A stretch of DNA of 46,992 bases from an uncultured bacterium (GCA_964420575.1 CAYQTU010000001.1:44194-91185), one strand, 5' to 3'; shown: positions 17,691-26,186, numbered from the stretch's first letter. Program-made: numbers and translations. The notes: generated from the letters alone by a model not told the origin.

Positions 17691-18227
17691 ATGGCAAAAA
17701 AGATCTTTCCGTTAGAAAAAGTGTATACCTTGCTGGAGCCGGGGGCTGTGGCGATGGTGACGACCGCGTTTCGGGGGCGGCTGAATGTCATGACCATGTC
17801 TTGGCACACCATGATCGATTTTAATCCGCCGCTTGTGGGGTTGGTGATCGGCGACCAGAGTCAGACGTTCCGGACGGTCCGGAAAACAGGGGAATGCGTG
17901 GTCAATCTTCCGGGCGTGGAACTGCTCCGGAAGGCCGTGGCGTGCGGGAATGTTTCGGGCCGGGACGTGGATAAATTTAAAGCGTTCGGACTGACGCCCG
18001 TGAAGGCGTCTTACGTCAAAGCCCCCATGGTCCGGGAATGCCGGGTGAATTTGGAATGCAGACTGGTGGATCAAAAACTTGCCGTGCGTTACAACTTCTT
18101 CATCTTCAAAGTACTCCGGGCGTGGATCGATCCGGGGAAAAAAGACCCGAAGACCTTCCGCCATCTTGGCAAAGGCCTCTTTCTGGTGGGCGGAAAAAAG
18201 ATCCAGCTCCCGTCCCGGATGAAATAA
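17691..18227 (+). CDS. flavin reductase-like FMN-binding protein
   Basis: 178 aa. The pattern LLEPGAVAMVTT...NVMTMSWHTMIDFNPPLVGLVIG...GECVVNLP is typical of the flavin reductase (split-barrel) family. Confidence 0.75.
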   Translation: MAKKIFPLEKVYTLLEPGAVAMVTTAFRGRLNVMTMSWHTMIDFNPPLVGLVIGDQSQTFRTVRKTGECVVNLPGVELLRKAVACGNVSGRDVDKFKAFGLTPVKASYVKAPMVRECRVNLECRLVDQKLAVRYNFFIFKVLRAWIDPGKKDPKTFRHLGKGLFLVGGKKIQLPSRMK

Positions 18228-18250
18228 AAAATTTTAAAAGGAGAAAGCTG

Positions 18251-18412
18251 ATGTTCGATCTCAATAAACTCGGGGATATGGCCAAGATCGCGAAAGAAGC
18301 GAAAGAATTACAGGTCCGGCAGGAAAATAGGGCGATGGAGCAGATCGAAATGCTCCGGAAGATCTCCGCGCAATTGGAGACCGTGATCGCGCTTTTAAAA
18401 GAAGGGAAGTAG
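18251..18412 (+). CDS. hypothetical 53-aa coiled-coil protein
   Basis: ATG 18251 preceded by AAAGGAGAAAG. Translation: MFDLNKLGDMAKIAKEAKELQVRQENRAMEQIEMLRKISAQLETVIALLKEGK. No homology recognised. Confidence 0.3.
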   Translation: MFDLNKLGDMAKIAKEAKELQVRQENRAMEQIEMLRKISAQLETVIALLKEGK

Positions 18413-18464
18413 ACGGTCTGTTGTGCCTGGTTTTTGGGGAAAATATTTTGACTCATCCCTTCTC

Positions 18465-18496
18465 CGTACGCCTCTTTGGGGGAGAAGAGGCGTACG
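18465..18496. terminator. strong hairpin between convergent genes
   Basis: CGTACGCCTCTT (18465-18476), an 8-nt loop, then AAGAGGCGTACG (18485-18496), a perfect 12-bp stem that extends further with one bulge. It lies 15 nt beyond the YD-repeat gene stop. There is no clear U-tract on either strand. Confidence 0.45.
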
Positions 18497-18511
18497 AGAA
18501 GAGAATGGACT

Positions 18512-19951
18512 TTAATACCGGACCGTACCGACCAATCCTGCCGTGATATGGTAACGCTGTTCCATGATCAGGCGGCCGCTTGCGTCATAGGTGTATAAAA
18601 AGGACCACGTTCTTTGAGCCGTGCTTCCGTTGTTTGAGACCGTAATGTAATCGGAACGGATCAGCTGGTCGACACCGTTTGAGCAGTTGCGGAATGTCTG
18701 GATCCATTGCAGGACCCCGTTCTGATAGATCTGAACGGTCTTTTTCCGGCCCGTGGCGGCATCATAATTGATCCGCGTGGTCCGGACCCCTGCCGTGAAC
18801 AGATCTTCGGCGATCTTGCGGCCTTGACTGTCCAGGTGGATCGAAACCTGAAGATTGGCCTGAGCATTCCCGCCCACAAAATAATCCTGTTTCGTGAGTT
18901 TCATGCCGGTCGCATCATAACTGAACCTCCAGGAGAAATAATTTTTTCCGGCTTCAAAGTAAAACGCGGAAGTCCTTATCCCCGCACCGTTCACTTCGGT
19001 CTTCCATTCCACATTCTGCGTATTTCCGTGATACGTGATGATGGAAGAATGGACGAGCGTTCCGTTCTGGAAGACGTCATCCCGTACCAGACGGTTCAAT
19101 TCGTCATAATGGAACGTTCTGGCCGCTTGTCCGGCGACATAATAGGTGGTCTCGACGACCTGACGGGCTTCGTTATAGACCCGGCGCCATACCGGAAGAC
19201 CGCTTCCTGCAGCATAGGTCACATCCGAGACCAGACGGTTCTGAGCATCGTACCAGATCTGCTGGGCCAGCTCGTTCCCGTTGTTCCTGTAAACATAATC
19301 CACGTGCGCAAGGACCGCTGTTCCGCCGTTTAAGAAATCAGCCCTTTGCGCGATACCGCTTGCGTTCCTCCGGATTTCCCAGGCCAGCGTTCCGGCCGTG
19401 TCGTACACAAAATCCGAAAAACCGCTAATCAGGTGGCTTTGCGCGTCATAACGGGTCTCGCGGATGTTTCTGCCTGCCGCATCAAAGAAAACCTCCCGGA
19501 GGAGCTGATTTGCGCCGTCTAGATACCGTACGGAAGTCAGGCGTAAACGGGCCGGATCTTGCGCGGACGATTCATTGTAAAGACACGCCACACCCGTTCC
19601 GCTGCAAAGCGTATTTTCCGCTAAAGCGGCAGCGGTGCCGGTTGCGGCGCGGACGATGTGGTCTGCCTGACTGCCTAAACTATGTGCCGCATCCACCACA
19701 AGACTGGTCGGGTTCAGCGGACTGCTGGAGCCTCTGGAACCGCCTATGATCGCGGCCCCGCTCGGAATGACGGCTGTGCTTCCGCCTACTCCAAAGGTAC
19801 GTTCGGTTGTTGCCGACACCGTGCTTGTCACGTGATCAATGGCATCACTAATGCTGTCAAAAAGGCCCGCAAAAACTGGACTGACGCCTGCCAGCATGAC
19901 TGCCGCAAAGATCGCGGTTTTAAAAAGATTTATCCTCATCAACCGTTTCAT
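18512..19951 (-). CDS. secreted YD/RHS-repeat-like protein
   Basis: 479 aa from ATG 19951, which has a GGAGGTG RBS 4 nt upstream. Signal peptide MKRLMRINLFKTAIFAAVMLAGVSPVFA. Repeated YD-type motifs: RYDAQSHL, VYDTAGTL, WYDAQNRLV, HYDELNRLV, SYDATGMKL, NYDAATGRK, YTYDASGRLI. The ORF track extends the frame to 19993. Confidence 0.6.
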   Translation of the reverse strand: MKRLMRINLFKTAIFAAVMLAGVSPVFAGLFDSISDAIDHVTSTVSATTERTFGVGGSTAVIPSGAAIIGGSRGSSSPLNPTSLVVDAAHSLGSQADHIVRAATGTAAALAENTLCSGTGVACLYNESSAQDPARLRLTSVRYLDGANQLLREVFFDAAGRNIRETRYDAQSHLISGFSDFVYDTAGTLAWEIRRNASGIAQRADFLNGGTAVLAHVDYVYRNNGNELAQQIWYDAQNRLVSDVTYAAGSGLPVWRRVYNEARQVVETTYYVAGQAARTFHYDELNRLVRDDVFQNGTLVHSSIITYHGNTQNVEWKTEVNGAGIRTSAFYFEAGKNYFSWRFSYDATGMKLTKQDYFVGGNAQANLQVSIHLDSQGRKIAEDLFTAGVRTTRINYDAATGRKKTVQIYQNGVLQWIQTFRNCSNGVDQLIRSDYITVSNNGSTAQRTWSFLYTYDASGRLIMEQRYHITAGLVGTVRY

Positions 19952-19970
19952 ATCCCACCTCCGAATTTTT

Positions 19971-19996
19971 ATTTCCATTTTTTTTATTTCCATTTT
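19971..19996 (-). repeat. tandem direct repeat upstream of the YD-repeat gene
   Basis: On the + strand, ATTTCCATTTT occurs at 19971-19981 and 19986-19996 (15-nt period). On the coding strand this reads AAAATGGAAAT twice, just upstream of the RBS. Confidence 0.5.
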
Positions 19997-20367
19997 ATTT
20001 TCCTCATTTCAACGATCTTTTAAGCTTTTCTTATGTCTATCAGAAGTGTGCTCGGAAAAATCGGGATTCGCGAAGGAATAACGATAAGCGGTCAGAAAAG
20101 GCATATAAACGGTCACCGGACGTTATAAGCGGAACGGGTTCTGCGGCCCGGAATCAGATTTCAAAAGAAAACGCGAGGATTTTTTTGAGAATGAAAAAAG
20201 ATCTTCAAGGCAAGGGCGGAACGCTCTTTTTTGCTATAAAAAAGAAACAGATCCTCAGAAAAAGCCGGTTTCCTTAGAGCTTTTGATCTTTTAGAAAAGA
20301 TCTTTGGCCCTTGCTTGAGGCTTGCCCGGGAGGAAATCAAGACGTTTGAACGCACCTTTTCAACCTG

Positions 20368-20396
20368 TGGACGTTAGAGGCCGAGGGGGCTATAAT
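20368..20396 (+). promoter_or_regulatory. possible promoter of the aldolase operon
   Basis: TGGACG (20368-20373), a 17-nt spacer, then TATAAT (20391-20396). Confidence 0.35.
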
Positions 20397-20463
20397 ACGC
20401 GCTTCTTAAATCAATGTTATGGGGCGCAAGAACGCGGTCCCCAGAGAAGGAGAATCTGATTTT

Positions 20464-21417
20464 ATGTACCGGGAACAGATCAAAGTTTTAGACTGTACGA
20501 TCCGCGACGGCGGGCTGATGAACAATCACCGTTTTGATGAGAATTTTGTGCGCAGTGTCTTTAAGGCGATCTCGCAGGCCGGGATCGATTATATGGAGAT
20601 CGGCTATAAGAACTCGCGCAAACTCTTTGACGATACCAAATACGGGGCCTGGAAATTCTGCGACGATGAGACTATCCGCCGCGTGACCGACGGGATCGCA
20701 TCCAAAACGAAGATCTCGATCATGGTGGACGTGGACCGTGTGGACATGGACGATATCAAGCCCAAGAAGGACAGCCCGGTCAGCATGATCCGTACGGCGT
20801 GTTACGTTAAAGATGTCGATAAAGCGATCGCGATGGCCAATCGGTTCGCGGATAAAGGCTACGAGACCGCCGTGAACTTGATGGCGATTTCCAAAGTCCT
20901 TGAAGTGGATTTGAACGAATGCTTTTATCAGCTCGAGAAAGAATGCAAATGCAATGTGGTTTACATTGTGGACTCAAACGGTGCTCTTTATCAGGAGACC
21001 ACGGAATATCTCATTAAGAAGGCTAAGAGCATCATTCAATCTAAAGAGATCGGGATCCACGCGCACAACAACCAGCAGCTCGGTTTCAGCAACACGATCG
21101 AAGCGATCATCCACGGTGCAAACTATCTCGACAGCACAATTTTCGGAATGGGGCGTGCGGCCGGTAATTGCCCGACCGAACTCCTGCTCGGATTCCTCAA
21201 GAACCCTAAATTCGATATCCGGCCGGTTCTGGACTTGATTGCCAAAGAAATGATCCCGCTTTCCAAAGAGGTGGAATGGGGGTATGTCATTCCGTACGCG
21301 ATCACAGGGATCCTGGATGAGCATCCTAAATCGGCCTTGGACCTCCGGTCCGGTCCCCGGAAAGATAATTACCGAGAATTTTGGGACAGTTTCTCGGGAA
21401 GCGCCGAGATCGATTAA
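20464..21417 (+). CDS. HMGL-like / pyruvate carboxyltransferase-fold aldolase family protein
   Basis: 317 aa from ATG 20464 (GAAGGAG upstream). The ORF track starts at 20419. LDCTIRDGG...IDYMEIGY and GIHAHNNQQLGFSNT fit the DRE-TIM metallolyase pattern. Substrate unknown. Confidence 0.65.
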   Translation: MYREQIKVLDCTIRDGGLMNNHRFDENFVRSVFKAISQAGIDYMEIGYKNSRKLFDDTKYGAWKFCDDETIRRVTDGIASKTKISIMVDVDRVDMDDIKPKKDSPVSMIRTACYVKDVDKAIAMANRFADKGYETAVNLMAISKVLEVDLNECFYQLEKECKCNVVYIVDSNGALYQETTEYLIKKAKSIIQSKEIGIHAHNNQQLGFSNTIEAIIHGANYLDSTIFGMGRAAGNCPTELLLGFLKNPKFDIRPVLDLIAKEMIPLSKEVEWGYVIPYAITGILDEHPKSALDLRSGPRKDNYREFWDSFSGSAEID

Positions 21418-21419
21418 GC

Positions 21420-22061
21420 ATGGACCTGGGACGGTTCCGTAAAAAACCCGTGCTCGGTATTTTGCGGGGTATCCCTTCGGGAAGTTTGACGCCGCTTCTG
21501 GAAGCGATCGTTTCAAGCGGACTTGAAGCGATCGAGTTTGCAATGAATTCCCCAAACGCATCTGCACTGATCCGCCGCGCGGTCCGGAGCCATGGAAAAA
21601 AACTTATGATCGGGGCCGGGACCGTGCTGGACCTGAACACCCTTAAAATGGCGCTCAAAGCCGGAGCGACTTTTATTGTCAGTCCCGTGGTGGTCCCGGA
21701 AGTGATCGGCTACTGCAAAGCGCGCAAGATCCCGGTTTTTCCCGGAGCGCTTGTGCCTCAGGATATTTATAAAGCCTGGCAAGCCGGGGCAACAATGGTG
21801 AAGGTGTTCCCGGCGAACTGTTTCGGGCCGGGCTATTTCAAAGAGCTGAAAGGCCCGTTCGCGGAAATCAAACTGTTGGCCTGTGCCGGGGTGACCCCGG
21901 AGAACATGAAAGATTATTTCAAAAACGGGGCAAGTGCGATCGCGATCGGCGGGAGTATTTTCCGTAAAGATTGGATCGAGACCGGCCGCTTCGGTCTGAT
22001 CCGTCAAAAGATCCGCGCTTACCTTAAACCCATTCCGAAGGAGGTTTGTCATGTTCGATAA
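21420..22061 (+). CDS. eda: 2-dehydro-3-deoxyphosphogluconate / 4-hydroxy-2-oxoglutarate aldolase family
   Basis: 213 aa from ATG 21420, 2 nt after the upstream stop. PVLGILRG, IGAGTVL, FIVSP, PGALVPQD, and VKVFPA are typical of KDPG/KHG aldolases. Confidence 0.8.
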   Translation: MDLGRFRKKPVLGILRGIPSGSLTPLLEAIVSSGLEAIEFAMNSPNASALIRRAVRSHGKKLMIGAGTVLDLNTLKMALKAGATFIVSPVVVPEVIGYCKARKIPVFPGALVPQDIYKAWQAGATMVKVFPANCFGPGYFKELKGPFAEIKLLACAGVTPENMKDYFKNGASAIAIGGSIFRKDWIETGRFGLIRQKIRAYLKPIPKEVCHVR

Positions 22062-22581
22062 ACTGATCCGTTATCTCGTGGAACGTTCCGGTAAAACTTA
22101 TTCCGTAAAATACCGCATGATGGCGACCGTGCTCGGGGCCGCGCTTTTTCTCGCCGGCTGGCCGCTTCTGATCGCGCTTTTGGGCTGGATCTTTCCGGGG
22201 CTTGTTTTCTCGGAGGGGGCGTCAAAATTTGTCAGCATCGTTCTGTTCATCCTCGGGGTTCCCTGGGTCGTCTGGTCTGTGGCCTGGCAGCTTTGGAAAG
22301 GGGAAGGAACGCCGGTGCCTGCGGTACCGACCAAACATTTCCTTCAGTCCGGGCCGTACCGTTATGTCCGTAATCCTATGATGCTCGGGTTCTTTTTTTA
22401 TTTATCGGGCTGGGCGGCATGGATCAATCAGGCGGGTGCGTGTTTCGGGGCACTGCTCCTGATCGCCCTTCTGATCGCGGAGATCAAACTCGTCGAAGAA
22501 AAAGAGCTCGAAAAGCGTTTCGGAGACGCGTACCGGCAATATAAAAAAGAAGTCCCGTTCTTCGTTCCGAAATTCAAATAA
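22051..22581 (+). CDS. isoprenylcysteine carboxyl methyltransferase (ICMT/PEMT-like) family membrane protein
   Basis: 176 aa with multiple TM segments and the family motif GPYRYVRNPMMLGFFF. It overlaps the eda end by 11 nt. Confidence 0.75.
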   Translation: MFDKLIRYLVERSGKTYSVKYRMMATVLGAALFLAGWPLLIALLGWIFPGLVFSEGASKFVSIVLFILGVPWVVWSVAWQLWKGEGTPVPAVPTKHFLQSGPYRYVRNPMMLGFFFYLSGWAAWINQAGACFGALLLIALLIAEIKLVEEKELEKRFGDAYRQYKKEVPFFVPKFK

Positions 22582-22595
22582 TCCCTAGAACTTAA

Positions 22596-23276
22596 ATGCC
22601 CTTTCAACGTATCTTTTTTCTTTTCCTGAGCATGGTTCTTTTCTCCGGCCCCGCACTTTTTGCGGAAGGTCTTTTAGCGCGTGCGCCGAAGATTGAGGTG
22701 AACGGAAAGCCGGGGGACGTGACTGTGCAGGACCTTTCGGGATTTCTGACGAGGCCGCTCAGGCTTCTGGTGAACCGCAATAACAAGAAATTCGGAGAAG
22801 GGTTCCTCGCCGTGTATGCGCTCGGTGTGCGTCCAGGCGATGAGCTTAAAGCGGATCTGCGGACCGAGCTTCCCGGGGTGCGGGTCACGGTGTATCAAGT
22901 ATTGCGCGAAAAAAAGGGGGACCCGAGATATCTCAGTATGCCCCAGTCCGTTTATTTCGAAAAAGCGGGGACCGGAGAATACCGCGAGAAGCTCGGGCCT
23001 TTTGACAGTCAGTATCTGGTTTTTGTGTTCGAGAAAACGGATTCTCCGGATGAAAAGAACATCCAGATCCGCTATTTCGAGGAACGGATGCGGAAACTGG
23101 TGATCGCATCCTACAAGACCAATCTGCTGCTTTCTTCCCTGAAAGTCAAAATGAAGGATCTCGGCGGGGATCAAGCGTCCGATTTTTTTGAACGGGACGC
23201 ACAACTTCTGATCGACCGCTTGGACCGGCCGCAGCGGATCGTGATTCTGCGGCTTTGGAAGACCGGAGGCCGGTGA
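22596..23276 (+). CDS. hypothetical secreted protein
   Basis: 226 aa with the signal peptide MPFQRIFFLFLSMVLFSGPALFA. No family recognised. Confidence 0.5.
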   Translation: MPFQRIFFLFLSMVLFSGPALFAEGLLARAPKIEVNGKPGDVTVQDLSGFLTRPLRLLVNRNNKKFGEGFLAVYALGVRPGDELKADLRTELPGVRVTVYQVLREKKGDPRYLSMPQSVYFEKAGTGEYREKLGPFDSQYLVFVFEKTDSPDEKNIQIRYFEERMRKLVIASYKTNLLLSSLKVKMKDLGGDQASDFFERDAQLLIDRLDRPQRIVILRLWKTGGR

Positions 23277-23392
23277 TTTTCTGTTCCGGGGGCGTTGTTC
23301 TCTTGATGTGAAAAAGGATTTGTTGTAAGATTCCACTCCTTAAGGCACCGGTAAAATAAAAAAACAAGGAAAGGAAGACCGAACCCAAGATC

Positions 23393-24901
23393 ATGAACGC
23401 ATTTCAATATCCCAAAGCCCAAGTCCGTATCCCCAAAACGAAAGTCAAATTCAACGGGGATCTCCTCATCATCGGTTGCGGCGGCGTTTCGCAATGTGCC
23501 GTGCCGCTCATCTTAAGGCATTTTGACATGCCGGCCCGGAGGATCACGATCATGGACTTTGTGGATAACCGCGCGCGCGTCCGGGACGCGTTGAAACGCG
23601 GCGTCCGTTACGTGTTTGACCGCGTGACGCGTGAAAATTATCAGGAGCTTCTGGCGCAGTATGTCGGTCCGGGCGATATGATCATCGATCTCGCGTGGAA
23701 TATCGACTGTTGGGAGATTCTGGATTGGTGCCGGACGAATAATGTGCTTTACGTGAACACTTCGGTCGAGGAATGGGACCCGTACCGGGACGATAAACGG
23801 ACCGATCCGACCCAATACACGCTTTATTACCGGCACATGAAGCTCCGGAAACTGATGAAAGCAAAATGGGGTAGCCGGAAAGGCGCGACCGCGATCGTGG
23901 ATCACGGCGCAAACCCCGGGCTGGTGTCGCATTTCACGAAAAAAGCGCTGATCGATATCGCGAAGAAGATCGTCAAAGAAAAACCGAAAGATCCGCGCGC
24001 CGGAAAGCTCAGGCAATTCCTTGCGGAAAAGAATTTCCCGAAATTGGCCCAGATCACGGGGGTCAAAGTCATTCATATCAGCGAACGCGATACCCAGATC
24101 ACGGATGTCCCTAAGCGGGTGAACGAATTCGTGAACACCTGGTCCATCGAAGGGTTCTATGAAGAAGGCGTGGCCCCGGCCGAAATGGGATGGGGGACCC
24201 ACGAGAAAAAGATCCCGTCGAACGGTTATCAGCACAAAAGCGGCCCGAAGAACCAGATCTGTCTCGGAACGCTCGGCATGAACACGTTCGTGCGTTCATG
24301 GGTGCCGTGCGGTGAGATCAACGGGATGGTGATCCGTCACGGCGAAGCGTTCAGTATTTCTGACCGCTTGACGGTCTGGAAGAACGGCAAGGCCATTTAC
24401 CGTCCGACCGTGCATTACGCTTATTGTCCGTCGGATGCCGCGGTCCTTTCGCTCCATGAGCTCCGGATGCGGCAGTACAAAATGCAGGAAAAACAGCGGA
24501 TCCTTTCGGATGATATCATTGACGGCCGCGACGAACTCGGCGTACTTCTGATGGGGCATGATTTTAAATCCTGGTGGTGCGGGTCGCTTCTCGACATCCA
24601 CACGACGCGGAAACTTGTGCCGCATCAGCAAGCCACCACGCTTCAGGTTGCGGTCTCGGTCGTTGGCGCGGCGCTTTGGATGATCCAACACCCGAACGAG
24701 GGGTTCCTGCTGCCGGATGATCTTGACCATGAATTCATTCTGAAATTCGCGGTGCCTTATATCGTACCTTTCGTATCGATCCCGTCGGATTGGACGCCAT
24801 TGAAGAATTTTAACCAGAAATACATGAAGTTCGGCATGTCTGCCCCGAAACCGGCGGACGTTTGGCAGTTTGGAACATTCCTCGTGGATGAAAGAGTGTA
24901 G
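23393..24901 (+). CDS. hss: homospermidine synthase
   Basis: 502 aa. Multiple blocks match bacterial HSS as I remember it: IIGCGGVS, HGANPGLVSHFTKKAL, ISERDTQ, FVNTWSIEGF, PAEMGWGT, YRPTVHYAYCPSDAAVLSLHE, DELGVLLMGH, DWTPL, WQF. Confidence 0.85.
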   Translation: MNAFQYPKAQVRIPKTKVKFNGDLLIIGCGGVSQCAVPLILRHFDMPARRITIMDFVDNRARVRDALKRGVRYVFDRVTRENYQELLAQYVGPGDMIIDLAWNIDCWEILDWCRTNNVLYVNTSVEEWDPYRDDKRTDPTQYTLYYRHMKLRKLMKAKWGSRKGATAIVDHGANPGLVSHFTKKALIDIAKKIVKEKPKDPRAGKLRQFLAEKNFPKLAQITGVKVIHISERDTQITDVPKRVNEFVNTWSIEGFYEEGVAPAEMGWGTHEKKIPSNGYQHKSGPKNQICLGTLGMNTFVRSWVPCGEINGMVIRHGEAFSISDRLTVWKNGKAIYRPTVHYAYCPSDAAVLSLHELRMRQYKMQEKQRILSDDIIDGRDELGVLLMGHDFKSWWCGSLLDIHTTRKLVPHQQATTLQVAVSVVGAALWMIQHPNEGFLLPDDLDHEFILKFAVPYIVPFVSIPSDWTPLKNFNQKYMKFGMSAPKPADVWQFGTFLVDERV

Positions 24902-24907
24902 CCTGCG

Positions 24908-26086
24908 ATGAAACAAATGCCACTTTTGAACGGAAACGCGCCCGCATTACTGAAGTCGAAACCCGCGGATGTTTCGGGCACGGAAAATCTGATCCGCCAG
25001 ATGATGAAGAAACACAAAACCCCCTTCATGATCATCCGTAAAAGCACGCTCGAAAAACAGTTTAACCGTTTCCGCAAAGCCCTTCCGGAAGTGACGCCTT
25101 ATTATGCGATCAAAGCGAACCCGCATCCGCGGATCGTGAAGGCCTTCGCGGAGCTCGGCGCTTATTTTGACGTAGCGAGCGCAGCCGAAATGAAACTTGT
25201 GTTGAAACAGGGGGCGAAACCCAGCCACATCATTTTTGCGAACACCATTAAATCCAAAGAAGACCTTGTAACGGCCCGCAAACGCCGCGTGAAGCTTATG
25301 ACCTTTGATAATGAGCCGGAACTTTACAAGATCGCGGAAAGTTTTCCGGGCGCGCACGTGTTGCTCCGCCTCCGGGTCGCGAACCGCGGGAGCGTGGTCC
25401 AACTTTCACTGAAGTTCGGGGCCGAGCCCGAACAGGGGTTTTATCTTTTGCGGAAGGCCAAGAGCCTCGGACTTGTGCCGAAAGGCATCAGTTTTCACGT
25501 GGGATCGCAATCCACGAACGTCGAGAATTACCTTCAGGCACTTGAGATCACGGCCGGGATCTTCAAGGAAGCCAAAGAGAATGACATGCCGCTTTCGATC
25601 GTGGATATCGGCGGCGGATTCCCGATCCCGCATTTTGATAATGAGATCGGAATCAATTTTGAGCGTATGGCCGCGCAGATCCGCAAACAGATGAAAGAGC
25701 TTTTTCCGAAGCACACGCAGTTTATCGCGGAACCGGGCCGTTTTTTCGCAGGACCGGCTGGAGTGTTAGTCACCCAGGTGGTCGGGAAGGCCTTCCGGGA
25801 CAATAAGAACTTCTACTATTTGAATGACGGGATCTACCAGGATTTTTCCGGTATGATGTTCGACCATTGCAAATACGAATTCAAGACCCTGCGGCGTGGA
25901 CAAAAATACATGAGCGTGCTTGCGGGTCCGACCTGCGATTCTCTGGATATCCTTTCCTCGAACGAAGAGATCCCCGAGCTGTACGTGAACGATGTGGTTT
26001 ACGTGAAGAATATCGGGGCGTATTCCTGCGCGAGTGCGGTGCCTAACTTCAACGGATTTGAACCGGCCAAAATTATTTTAGTCTGA
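24908..26086 (+). CDS. ornithine (or ornithine/lysine) decarboxylase, alanine-racemase-fold PLP enzyme
   Basis: 392 aa. YAIKANPHP (PLP lysine), GGGFP, EPGRFF, and GPTCDSLD. It starts 6 nt after hss. Confidence 0.85.
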   Translation: MKQMPLLNGNAPALLKSKPADVSGTENLIRQMMKKHKTPFMIIRKSTLEKQFNRFRKALPEVTPYYAIKANPHPRIVKAFAELGAYFDVASAAEMKLVLKQGAKPSHIIFANTIKSKEDLVTARKRRVKLMTFDNEPELYKIAESFPGAHVLLRLRVANRGSVVQLSLKFGAEPEQGFYLLRKAKSLGLVPKGISFHVGSQSTNVENYLQALEITAGIFKEAKENDMPLSIVDIGGGFPIPHFDNEIGINFERMAAQIRKQMKELFPKHTQFIAEPGRFFAGPAGVLVTQVVGKAFRDNKNFYYLNDGIYQDFSGMMFDHCKYEFKTLRRGQKYMSVLAGPTCDSLDILSSNEEIPELYVNDVVYVKNIGAYSCASAVPNFNGFEPAKIILV

Positions 26087-26171
26087 TCCCTGAAGGCTGT
26101 GCGGCCTCCGGTTCTTGGTCAAGATGGCCCTTATTCCCGTCCCGTTTTCCCTCTACAAGGACCTTAGCGCC

Positions 26172-26186
26172 CCTTGATAATCAAGG
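26172..26186. promoter_or_regulatory. perfect 15-bp palindrome upstream of dapF (candidate operator)
   Basis: CCTTGAT-A-ATCAAGG, 69 nt upstream of the dapF ATG and about 20 nt upstream of an extended -10 element, TGGTACAAT (26208-26216). Confidence 0.35.

Noticed and set aside
20161-20355. A 64-aa minus-strand ORF in the long intergenic gap.
   Set aside because: It has no RBS, a Lys/Ser/Phe-rich low-complexity translation, and its start is not positioned relative to any promoter-like element.
15965-20418. Calling the islet a mobile genetic element or prophage remnant.
   Set aside because: No integrase, transposase, terminal repeats, att-like duplication or flanking tRNA could be identified. 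Only the ORF6N gene has phage affinities, so the region is reported as an accessory islet, not as a mobile element.
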